Of a stretch of DNA of 48,910 bases, positions 1-10,907 are shown one piece after another. The DNA lies in IMG/VR virus record IMGVR_UViG_3300029904_000001, positions 128,001 to 176,910 of that record; one strand, given 5' to 3'. The DNA is from a virus. Lineage: Duplodnaviria > Heunggongvirae > Uroviricota > Caudoviricetes. The stretch's first letter is position 1. Every line of letters starts with the position of its first letter. A program made the position numbers and the translations under genes. The notes under the pieces were generated by a model, which ran no database searches, was not told where the DNA came from, and saw nothing but the letters and a program-made list of their open reading frames with translations.

Positions 1-1
1 C

Positions 2-1261
2 TCACTCTCGTTGAGCTTCTCATGTACCGTTAACAAGTTCATCTTTTATTGCTCCAGCTCACCATTCTTTATATTTACTCATAACTGGTTCGTCAGATAT
101 ATTAGACTCTCCTACATTTTGAAATTTTATACCACGAAGATTAAAAACTTCTGATAAACTATCATCTTTCATGATATAAACAATTCCTAAACGATACATT
201 TCATCTGGTCAGTAACCTAAATTATAATAAATATTTTGTGGATTATAATATTCTACTTGCTCAATATCGTCTGTTTCTTGATTCGTATAATCAGTATTAA
301 TATATCCAATTGAATTGTCTTGCTGCTCTAATTTTACTTCAATAAATAAAGATAATGCTTGTAAATCTCTTGGTTCAATTGTTGTCATTTCAACATTACC
401 AAAGAACAACATACCTTGATTTTGGGTTTGAGTTTTTACTCTATCAACATACAAATATTTAATATTTAACTCATTTTCATTTATTTCTTCAATTTCTTCA
501 AATCCATTAACTGTAATATTAAGTTTACTTGTTTTAATATCATAGGGCTCTTTAATCATAGCAACTTCTGACATTCTAACTCCATTTATATCACAAGTTT
601 CGCGTGTATAATACAAATAAACTTTTTGAAACGATGTATCAATATTATTAATGGAAATAGTTATTGACTTATCTGTTCTTTCATCCTGTAATGTTCCTGT
701 AACAGTTGATGGTTTAGATAGCGTACCATTAAAAATGGATATTTGTCCACTTTCACAAACAATATCTGTTTTATTAAAGTCGTTATCAGCAAATTTTACA
801 TAAAATGTATAATTTCCACCTTTTAATTGTCCAAAATAATCAACACTAACTAACTGAATACGAGGAATATTATTGATATTTCTAAATAATCTGGTTTGTT
901 GATCGATTTTCGTTTCTTCGTAAATATTAGTTTGTTCTTTTTGATTTCTATTAATAATTCTATATCTATTATCTTCTATAGCTGTAAATCTAGTATTAAC
1001 GATTCTCGGTGGATGTGAATCATCGTTAATAATAAGATTTACAGTTCCATCGTAAGAAGGTTGACATTCTATATTTAAAGGGTTATTTAAATCTATATCG
1101 ATTTCGTCAGTTCTAAAATCAATTAAATCTTTTGGCTGAATAACTTCTCCAACATCAGACTGTTGTTCTTGTCCAGCAGCCAATTGATTTCGTAACGGAC
1201 GATATTCATGGGCCATATCACCTTCTTGATTATATTTTTTAACACTTAAAGAAACTGCCAT
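2..1261 (-). CDS. Tail stabilisation/muzzle-related structural protein, partial (runs off the window)
   Basis: Track ORF 209..1261 reads through TGA as NLGY-W-PDEMYRLGIVYI and stays open to the window edge. The YRxGIV motif resembles crAss-like tail stabilisation proteins. Confidence 0.75.
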
Positions 1262-1263
1262 AA

Positions 1264-4200
1264 TTAAATCTCTATTGTGTTCTCTGAAAACTCTTTAAAA
1301 TAAAAATTAGAGAAAAATCCACTATTTCCTCTTCCACCTCAACGATATACAATAATACGGAACGCTTTATTTAAATCACTTGTTTTACATCTAACATGTT
1401 TTATATTTTTAGTTCCATCGGATGATTTAATGGTTGTAAAATTCGTTGAATATCAACTATTGAATGCATTTTCATTCGTAAATAATTTAGTAGCATTTCT
1501 GAAAATCTCTGAGATTTCATACTCCATATTCGCTGATCCACTTGAATCTTCTGTTAAATCAACCGAAAGTGTATTAACACCGTAGTTATTATATAAATAA
1601 TTTTCTACTTCAGCAATTTTATTATTATCTTTAGAAGTAGCCATCCATTTTCACTCACTACTATCCATAGAATCTTCTCGCAATGTCTCAAAACTATTCT
1701 CATTTTCTTTTTGAGTTTCTTCTAAAAAAGTAATAATATTTTCAATATTGGAATTAAATTCATCTGAATTTGAAAGAATGACATACATTGTTGCTGAATA
1801 TGTACCTGGAAGTGTTTTATTTTTATTTAGATTGGAAATAGCAAAGATCGGTTCTTCTGTATCATTAACTTTTCAATTATAATCATCGCAACGTAAATAA
1901 GATAAATTAAAACTTGCACTATATCTTGCTGTAGATAAAGTATATATTGGTTCTAATAACTGTTCAAAACCACTCATTTGTGGAAAATGAATTCCATTAA
2001 GTGCTACTTTAGATAAGTATTTTACTAAACATAAAGCAAAAACAACGTTGTTAGAAACCCAACATAATACACTATTGTCCGAATTATCTTGTTTTATGAT
2101 AAAGCAATTTGATATTCCTTTATCTAAATCACCGTCATATGTATCTTCATGGGCAAATACACTAAGTTCTTGTATAAACTTAATATTATCAAAATCTTTA
2201 TAATTTTCATCATCGGTTGTATTAATATCTCCAATTCCTATACGATGTTGTATGTAATTGGCTTCCGTAAAATAATTATTTTCATATAAACTCGAATGAA
2301 TACCAAGACCGTAAGCAATCGCAACATCGTCACTAAAGAGATTTTTTTGTATAACAGATCCTCCTTCTGTTCCCATATGATATAGTAATGGGTCTTTCGC
2401 GCGTTCTCTTTTACCAGTAGCCATAATAGAATTATTCTTAATTACTGTTGTAACTTCGTCAACATTCGGGTCATTTCTTTTACCAAATACAACTTGTTCT
2501 TCACTACTTCATGCTCAACTATTTCACATGCGACTTCTTATGTTAATATCAAACATATAATGTCCAGCTATAGCGTCTAAGAATGGATAACTATATCCGG
2601 TTACTCTATATCCGTCTCATTTAGTTGCTGTGATTGGAATATTACCAAAATCTAATCTTTTTGACAGATTAATAGTTTGTGTACCATTATCTTCAATACT
2701 TAATATTTCTTCAGCACCATCATATAGCGTAATAGTCGATTGTAAAATCGAATTTCAAAGATTTCCTTTTAAACTATTTATTTGAGCGACTTTATTAGTA
2801 TAAGATTGATTACTCAATAGACTAGCATTAATTCGTAAATACAAATTCGTTGCTTCAATCATAACTGTACTAATTGTTCAATGCAATTCTATTGTCTTTT
2901 TACCAGTGTCAATAGTAATTGCTGCGTAGTCAGGATATTGAATAGCTAAAACCAATTTTAATAAATCTTCTTCAGTTAATGTCCAATCTTCTGCTTGTAA
3001 ATCTGATTTGTATTTATATATAAAAGGATTAGATTGTAAAGTTAATGTCTTTAATACATCATTTTTTGTAAGTGGAATGAATGATCCTCTATCTCCTCAA
3101 CGATATTCTAACCATCCTTCAACTGGATCTATTGATTGTGAATAATCAAATTGTAAATCTGTTAAATTTATATAATCTACATTTACTGTTTCTAAATATC
3201 GATTAACTCACATTGTTCCAGTAATAGATGTTAAATAATTATCTACACTTCCAAATCATGTATTAAATACTTCACTTGGAATTAAATCTAAGTCCTTAGA
3301 AATAATATCGTTTGTTCCATCGTTTAAAATAATTCTTAACTTATAAACTCCACCTTCTTTTTCAAAAGTAAGATTTTTACTAGTAGTTCCATTTCAAGCT
3401 GAATCTGGAACCATTATACCAGCTTGAACTGGAGTAATCGGATTAGCTCTAGTAAACGGATTAAAATTTAATTGCGTTCGTTCAAAATACCAATTTCGAT
3501 AATTTGTTAATTCAAGAACATTGGCTTGATTAAAGTTGATATTAATTGTATTTTGTCCAAATAAAACCAAATTAGGAATATTTCCTTTAGCTACTAATAC
3601 TTGAGTATCATTACTTACAATATTTTGTAGTCCAGCAGCATCTGTTGGTAATGGTTGCTTTTTCCCACTTCCATCTAAATATACAAACTCATCTAGATTT
3701 TGTGTTGGTTTTATTTCCCTTCAAGTAGATTGACTATAACCACCAGAAACAGTTGGCCTATTATGTTCTGTATCTCAACCTGAGCCTGATGTTGATACAT
3801 AATTCATTTTATTAACACGATAAATCTCGTATTTACCAATCATAGTTCCAGTATTAATAAATGGACCTAAAATATTAAACGAAACCGTACAACTATCATC
3901 ATCCACTGCTCATTTATAGATTGAATCACCAATTGTTATATCGTTACTATCTGGAAGATTATTTAAATCAAAAGATATAGTTGATGCAAATTGTGTATAT
4001 TCTAGTATTTTACCATCATATTTAATGATAGGAAACGCAGTTACTTCAACATATCCGGAAAAATTATTAGCTGCTTCGCCAGATTCATCTTCTATTGGTT
4101 TAGTAAACCACCAATAAAAACTTAAATTGTTAAAGGCTGTAATAATATCATCCTGATAATTATGTTTTTGACAATTAACGTCTATATATTTATATTTATT

Positions 4201-5301
4201 TGGAAATTTAGTATCAGGATTATAGTCCTCATTTCAATCTCCAGGAGTATAATCTGCTGCTACTTCTCCTTCTTCGTTAACTCCTTGAAAATCTCCATAT
4301 AAATTATTATTAATTTCTTCCTTTGTATTATTAATTCTAATTAAAAATCTAGTATATAAATGCTCATATTGATTGGCACCCTCATCATAATCTAATGTTT
4401 GTTGAAATAATTCATCAGAAATAATTGTTTGTGCTGATAAATCCAAAGATACAAACATTTGATCAGCAGGAGGCTTTGTAGGATCATTTGCTAATGTAGA
4501 AATAGTTGTTTCTTCTGATTGATTTTTAGATTGTTTTTCAAGAACAGAAGGAACAGTCATTGATCGTACATTTAAATTAAATTTATCTGGAACAAATAGA
4601 TCATATTGTGCTGCTAATCAACCTGGAGTTTCCCAAAATACCTTTTTAAAGCCTTGTTCGTTAATACCCTCTGTACTATATATTTCAGTATCGTCTAAAT
4701 CATATAGTTTGTTATCAGAATCAATAACATAAAAATTTAAATGTTGATAAATAAAATAATTATTATTTTTAAGATAATCTATATCAATATCATCTAATTT
4801 AAATTCATCTCCAGGATATAATTTATATGTATCTTCATTTGCTCCATCCATAAATATAAATAAAGGATGTTTTTGCTGATCAATAATATCATTATATCGA
4901 ATAAAAGATTTACCTTGTTCTTTACCGCCTACTGTTTCTCCAAAATAAAACGGGCATAAATCAGCATCAGAGGCATCGACTTTTTGTTGATCTTCTATTA
5001 CAAAGATACTTTGAGGAGCAGGATAAGAACCTATTTCTACTTCTTTAGATATAGGATTATATGAAACTATATATAATATATCAGCATAACCTTTAATTCC
5101 TACGGGAATAAAATTAGTTGGCAATTTACAGTTTTCAAGTTTATAATTACCCATATCATTTTGTAATATAAACTCATTACCATTATATGTCACAAGCGTT
5201 CCATTTAAACAATCCGTTAATACACTTTTTGGAGTATTAATTGGATTTAAATCTGTCATTAATCCGTCTGAAAAAACTGAATTTATTTCTTGTCTTGCCA
5301 T
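1264..5301 (-). CDS. Large tail protein (~1345 aa, code 4) with tail-stabilisation/muzzle-like N-terminus
   Basis: Track fragments 4618..5301, 4234..4560, 1873..2424 and 1453..1644 share one frame and end at TGA. The frame closes with TAA at 1264-1266. N-terminus is FSDGLMTDLNP...LQNDMGN. Not every intervening codon was checked. Confidence 0.72.
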
Positions 5302-5304
5302 AAT

Positions 5305-5934
5305 CTATTTATTAGGATTATTAATATATATATTTTTAACACGTTGATGCCCTCTTAATGTTTTAAAATATTCAATTTGTTTTCATTCATTGTTTACTTT
5401 CATTAACATATATTGAGCATTTCGTGTTGTATATTCTTCTTTATAAAATGTAAATCCAACATCTTCTGGAAATTTTAATCTAAAGATGTGTTTATATTGC
5501 CTATGTATGAGACATTCATCTAATAACTTATAAGCTTTAAGTTTATGAAATGTTATTTTTTGCTTTCGATTTCCTCTAGACTTTTTTCCCATACCTGTAT
5601 TTTTAAAATTAGATTGGTATTCCTGGAATTGTTCGTCATTTAATCCAAAATAATAATACCCATCCCATTTTGTTTTAGCTCTCTTATATTTAATACGTAA
5701 TTTTATAGATTGTTTCAAGAGCTTATATCTATAAAATATTAGTTTATCTTTAATAAATTTGCCTATATACATTGTGAAATATGGTGATCTTAATAATATA
5801 TCTCCACCATATCCACAATTTATAAATAAAGAGCGAAGCCCAAATTTAACAATTGTGTCTATTTCACGTAAAGTTAAATCTGGGAATCTCTCTTTAACTT
5901 TTTCATAATATTTCTCTGGATAAGCTAATTCCAT
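5305..5934 (-). CDS. Basic IHF/HU-like protein
   Basis: Track ORF extended through TGA 5383 to TAG 5305-5307. Lys/Arg-rich, in the position of the crAss-like IHF genes next to tail genes. Confidence 0.5.
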
Positions 5935-5936
5935 AG

Positions 5937-6398
5937 CTAATAATATTTCTTTCCTTCATTTATCTTTTTATGAAATATATCTCTTGCATTTTTATGTGAT
6001 ATGTAAACCGGCTTTTCTTTTTCTTGTCCACGTTTTGTTTTATATCTAAAGTATATTTGATATCCTGTAAATTCAGAATTAAGAAAATCTACATCTTCTC
6101 ATTTACCAGCTTGATATAATTTTCTAAACCTTTCTCCTGTAAATACTTTTACATAAAATTCTGCTCTTGCTGCACCTTTTAATGGAAACTCAAATGTAAC
6201 ATTATTTTCTATAATATCCAAAATAACCTGATAGATAAAATAAGTAAAAACCATTCCAACTAATTTTTTTCATCTATCTGTTTTAAATAGTTTATAGAAC
6301 GCATGACTTCATCCAAATTGAGCAAAATTAATATTATCAAATAAATCTTGAGAACTAAAACTTCATTTATAGGCACCACATATAATTGGATCAAACAT
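5937..6398 (-). CDS. Second IHF-like/basic conserved protein (missing from the ORF track)
   Basis: MFDPIICGAYKW...GKWEDVDFLNSEFTGYQ...EGKKYY*. Open only with TGA=Trp and fills the gap between its neighbours. Confidence 0.55.
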
Positions 6399-6402
6399 AA
6401 GA

Positions 6403-7095
6403 TTATAAAATTGCTTTAAACGTTTTTCCGAGTTGTTTCCTATCCCATCTAACACTAGCATCAAGTACTTTATCCATATCGTTTTGTGATAGATGCTCAG
6501 GAACTCTTGCTGCAGAACAATATTTAAGTCAATCTGCTTTTAATACTTGTGCCATTTTCATTAAATTTGGGTTTCTTTTAACTAATGATTCTTTATATAT
6601 AAAGGCATATCCAACATAAGCTGCTATTGCTTGCATCTCTTTATCTGTTATCATTGGTAGTCCCGTTTCATCGTTTACAAGAATTCCATGATAGATAACC
6701 ATAACACGCTTATAATCTCTAGTAAAATATAAAGTATTTTCGCCTTCTTTATACTTCACAAGTTTTCCTACATTATAATAAGGATCATCGATACGTTTTC
6801 AGCAATTAATATAGTTTTCTATAAATAAAGTTTCAATAGAATTAAAAACGGTTTGATTCGATGTCATTTGAGCGTCTTCTATTGGGATATGAACCGATTC
6901 AATTATATCTACATTACATGGAAGTGCTAATTCTTTATCTTGAGTATCTCCAACATATCTATATAAACGAGTATGTTTATTATTGATAAGAGTTCAAGCA
7001 TTTAATGCAATATCTTCAAAATCAGTTGGAGAAGGTTCTACTCCATATAAAGTTTGTGCAAGAGAATAAGCTGCATTTAAATCATATAATTTCAT
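6403..7095 (-). CDS. Tail ring/tubular (adaptor) protein
   Basis: MKLYDLNAAYSLAQTLYG...FEDIALNAW...LALPCNVDIIESV. Includes track fragment 6529..6759. TAATG-coupled to the upstream gene. Confidence 0.65.
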
Positions 7096-7763
7096 TAGGT
7101 AGGAATATTATTATCTGGACGTGGACCTGGATAAGCTTGTCTATAATAATAGAATTTTCGTTGTGTTAAACGTCTTTTTACTTCACTTGAAATTGGTCCA
7201 ATATCCAAATATTCATAAGTTTTACAACAATCAAAATATTCTAATTGTCTTGGATCTTTAAATATCGCAATAACTGAAATAAATTTAACAAATGGTGCAT
7301 TAAAAATTCATCCATCATACATTCCATTTTCATTTGGTGTAGTTTCTATATAAACATACGGCATATTTTTATTTTTAGCTCTTTTATATTTATGATATTG
7401 ATACGATGTAGATGTATAAAATTTAAATTGAATTTCTCTATCTACCGATCCTACAAATTCAATAGCCGAATCTCCTAAGTCGTTCATAATTGGAGGAATT
7501 TCGAAATGCTGTTGTGGAGTGTTTAATTTAAAATTACAACAACGAGATGGATCTTTACAATCAACTGGAATACAATTTATAGATAATAGTATGTCTTTAC
7601 GATTTAAAACATTTTTATATCACCATTCTTTTATAACAGCTTGTCTCTCTTCAACTACTTCGTCTTCTAATTGCTCTAATGATATATTTGGATCACTAGT
7701 TATATTAACTAAACCGGACATTACATCATTGTAAATGGCCGAACTTATAGCATTAATTGTCAT
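7095..7763 (-). CDS. Tail ring protein (missing from the ORF track)
   Basis: MTINAISSAIYNDVMSGL...GWIFNAPFVKFISVIAIFKDPRQL. Open under code 4. The IFxDP motif is typical of crAss-like ring proteins. Confidence 0.65.
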
Positions 7764-7770
7764 AGTTGAA

Positions 7771-7813
7771 TAAAAAATAAAAAAGGCGGCGGATTTATAG
7801 GTTCCACCGCCTT
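7771..7813 (-). terminator. Rho-independent terminator
   Basis: Minus strand AAGGCGGTGGA-loop-TCCGCCGCCTT followed by a long T tract, just after the stop at 7831. Confidence 0.85.
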
Positions 7814-7830
7814 ATATTTAAATATATAAA

Positions 7831-8979
7831 TTAACCTTCTATAACTACGAATTTTCTTGTAGCTTCTCTATATTTTGAATCACTAGGAACAGCTTTAACA
7901 TAGAATTCTGTACCAACCGGCACATCATTCGATGCAGTAATTGCTCCAGTAGAAGACTCAATTGTAAGTCCATCGATAGTATCAGGTGCTCCAGCTTCAT
8001 CTACGATTGACCAAGTAAATGTAACTGTGTCTGAATAAGGATAAACTTCAGCTTTTAATACTACTGCTACTCCATCGTTAGCAACAGTACCAGCTCCAAG
8101 AATATGAGTTGTATTATCTTCAACTATAACATTAGGTCCAAATGCCTCTTCAACAGCTTTTTCAAACTCACCAGCTATATCTTGACGTACATAATAAATA
8201 TGACGTGTAACTGATTCATTTTTCTGACCAACTACTGACAAACCACCAAGATTACGTACTACATCATATGCAAATGAATACATATTATAGATAGCACCAG
8301 GAGTAGGTATTTCATCAGAATTTGGTGATGCATAACGAACATTTGGATAAGAAGGGAAACGTAGATTTTCTGTAATCCAAGCAGAAGTAGCAAAAGGCTC
8401 GTAACCATTTTCTACTGTTAAGATACTAGAAATATCTTTCTTTTCGTAATATCCAACACAAGAATCACAAGCTGTAGGCTCATAATATTCCAAAGTAATA
8501 CCAGAAAATATCATATAAGGATCCTTAGTGTAAACACCAACGAGATGAGCGTCTGCGGTTGCAATTCTTAGCCACTGATTATTCTCAGGAAGCGCCAATT
8601 TAAGAGCGTTTGCAACTTTATTCATTAGGAGTTCAGATGTCATAGCACCTATACATTCAAACTCAACCATAATTGGACGACCAAATTCATACCAATTAGC
8701 GTTTGCATATTCTCCTAAGAATTTATTAGGCATTTTGGTAAATATTGTTAAACGATATGTACCATCTTCTGTAAAAATCGAAGTATCGGTAAAGTCTAGT
8801 AACAGAGATGATACTTTTCCCTCACGACCTGCAGTTTTATAAATTTTTCCATCAACGATATGCTCAAATTTATAAAGTCCAGAACGTATAATCTGAAGCA
8901 TTCCAGCAGATGGCTGAAATACATTAAGTCCGTCACGTGTGAGAGAATTAATTATAACTTCGTGTGTGTATTGAAACAT
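7831..8979 (-). CDS. Conserved structural protein (auxiliary capsid/decoration-like) with Ig-like C-terminus
   Basis: Intact 382-aa ORF with no TGA, in the capsid operon and followed by a terminator. The C-terminal ~85 aa are beta-rich (VTFTWSI...LTIESSTGAIT). Confidence 0.6.
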   Translation of the reverse strand: MFQYTHEVIINSLTRDGLNVFQPSAGMLQIIRSGLYKFEHIVDGKIYKTAGREGKVSSLLLDFTDTSIFTEDGTYRLTIFTKMPNKFLGEYANANWYEFGRPIMVEFECIGAMTSELLMNKVANALKLALPENNQWLRIATADAHLVGVYTKDPYMIFSGITLEYYEPTACDSCVGYYEKKDISSILTVENGYEPFATSAWITENLRFPSYPNVRYASPNSDEIPTPGAIYNMYSFAYDVVRNLGGLSVVGQKNESVTRHIYYVRQDIAGEFEKAVEEAFGPNVIVEDNTTHILGAGTVANDGVAVVLKAEVYPYSDTVTFTWSIVDEAGAPDTIDGLTIESSTGAITASNDVPVGTEFYVKAVPSDSKYREATRKFVVIEG

Positions 8980-9010
8980 AGTTTATTCAAATTTAAAAAT
9001 TAATAATTTA

Positions 9011-9937
9011 TTACTGTCCTTGTTGCTGTGGTGCCTGCTGTTGAGGAATTCCACTAGCAATTGTTTGGTTAATAGGTAGATTTGTTTGTAATCTTGGATC
9101 ACTTGCATTTTCCATTATAAGCTTAGTGAAAATATTAACGATTTCAAAACAAACATAATCTGGAAATTCGAGAACTTGAGATGTATCTTCAGTTGTATCA
9201 ATTTGTAATTGAGTAAGTCTGATATATTGTGGACCCTTAAGATAATCTACATAAGCTCTTTCAGGAGTAAACAAATTGGAATCTTTACCGAATCTAATTT
9301 CAAGTAAAACTTTTGTTACATTAACATTACGTCCTTGTACCGGTTTAATAGAATCTACGGTAGATGTTTTATCAGTAAGACCTTGTGCAGAATCTGGAAT
9401 TTGATCATCCATTGTTGAATTAGTTGGAAGTGAAATTTCAGAATTTCAATTATTCACATAATAATAAGGTCTTTTATACATTGGACGCATATAAGCATTA
9501 TTAAGAATTCCAGAGAACATGTCTGATGTTAATCTACGAGCAGCAAACTGTACTTTTTCTGAAGGTTCGTAACATTTAAATGGTTTTGCTACTTTATATT
9601 CTACAATACAGTTAAGCATATGTAAATAATCTTTAGGAAGTTCTCCTATAAAAGATTCTCCAAATAATGCTGATTGGGTAAAATCTTCGCCAATTCCTCC
9701 TTCGCCAATTCCTCCTTCGCCAATTCCTCCTTTAAACAAAGGAATAATTGTAGAAGTTTTTAAAACTCGAAGATCGTCAGTACTTTGTTGATTTATATCA
9801 TACCGATTATAAATTATATTAATGTACTGCTGGACAGCTTTATTTATAAAATAGTTATAGTCTTCTAGAAGTAATGATGGAGCTTCCAATTTGTTACATT
9901 CTATAAGAGCATATTCATAAAGTTCACGAGCTGTCAT
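9011..9937 (-). CDS. Head-tail adaptor/ring protein (308 aa, code 4)
   Basis: Track ORFs 9446..9937 and 9011..9412 are in frame across one TGA. Motifs YNYFINKA, LPKDYLH, YVDYLKGP, LEFPDYV. Confidence 0.7.
9686..9730. repeat. Perfect 15-bp tandem repeat x3 encoding (GGIGE)3
   Basis: ttcgccaattcctcc at 9686, 9701 and 9716. Confidence 0.95.
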
Positions 9938-9967
9938 TTTTTATTTATATTAAATGTTTATAATTTT

Positions 9968-10813
9968 CTATTCTTTAGCAGGTTCAGTTGGCTTTTCAAC
10001 TTCCTCTACCTGTCTTGCATATTCAGGATAAACATCTGCTTTCATCATATCAAGAATTTTCTTATTGGCAGGTGTTTTAAAGAACTGAATAACGGCATCA
10101 TCAGTAGCTCCAAGAATGTTATCACCGTACATAAACATTCCGTTCTTCTTAATTAGTTTATGACGCTCTTTAGCATCAATAACTAGAAGTTTAAGAGCCA
10201 TGTCGCTACTAGTATATAGCTCAATAATTGTCGATGGACTTTTTTCAGCCTTCTGATATAGATAATCCTCTACATCTGAAGAAGGAGCATTTCTCATAAC
10301 TCTACCAAGTAGTTTACATTTAGTAAGACGTCCTTCTACTGAGTCGTTTTGAATATAAGTCCATGCTTTTGTGATAAGTTTCTTACGACTAACTGCTTTT
10401 TCAGATTCTTCTCCGGGCACATCTACCCAAAGTTCAGCTAGTCCATATCTTCTTTTGTCTCCATCTATAATTAAATTACCATGTTCATCACGTGCATCTC
10501 TGGTAGGTACAATAAGATCATTGTCTTTAATTGCAAGCCATTTATTTCTCTGAAGAGGATCAGATAGATCAAAAGTTGTTCCATCTGTTACAACTATATC
10601 CATATCTTCAGGAATAAAATATGCTGATTCTGGATTATTAAGATCTTCATTAGATAGAATCATTTCCGATGAACCGTCAGCGTTATATCTTACTTTCTTA
10701 ACAAATGGATGATTAAGACCATTGCGCTGTTTACAGGGTTGAAAATGATATTCCTTAAATTTACCAAAAGGTGAACGTAAGGTAATTACTTTATTTTCTA
10801 AATAATCTGTCAT
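9968..10813 (-). CDS. Conserved crAss-like structural protein downstream of the MCP
   Basis: Intact 281-aa ORF with motifs FDLSDP..W and CKLLG. Position matches the conserved post-MCP gene. Confidence 0.6.
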   Translation of the reverse strand: MTDYLENKVITLRSPFGKFKEYHFQPCKQRNGLNHPFVKKVRYNADGSSEMILSNEDLNNPESAYFIPEDMDIVVTDGTTFDLSDPLQRNKWLAIKDNDLIVPTRDARDEHGNLIIDGDKRRYGLAELWVDVPGEESEKAVSRKKLITKAWTYIQNDSVEGRLTKCKLLGRVMRNAPSSDVEDYLYQKAEKSPSTIIELYTSSDMALKLLVIDAKERHKLIKKNGMFMYGDNILGATDDAVIQFFKTPANKKILDMMKADVYPEYARQVEEVEKPTEPAKE

Positions 10814-10846
10814 ACTTTTATTACTATACTTGTTAACTCTAAATCT

Positions 10847-10892
10847 AAAAATAAAGTTAACTCTCCTCTATATTTCAAGAGGAGAGAACTTT
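10847..10892 (-). terminator. Terminator-like hairpin after the MCP
   Basis: CTCTCCTCT-8 nt loop-AGAGGAGAG stem followed by T-rich sequence, directly after the MCP stop. Confidence 0.7.
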
Positions 10893-10907
10893 AAATATAT
10901 GTTTTTA

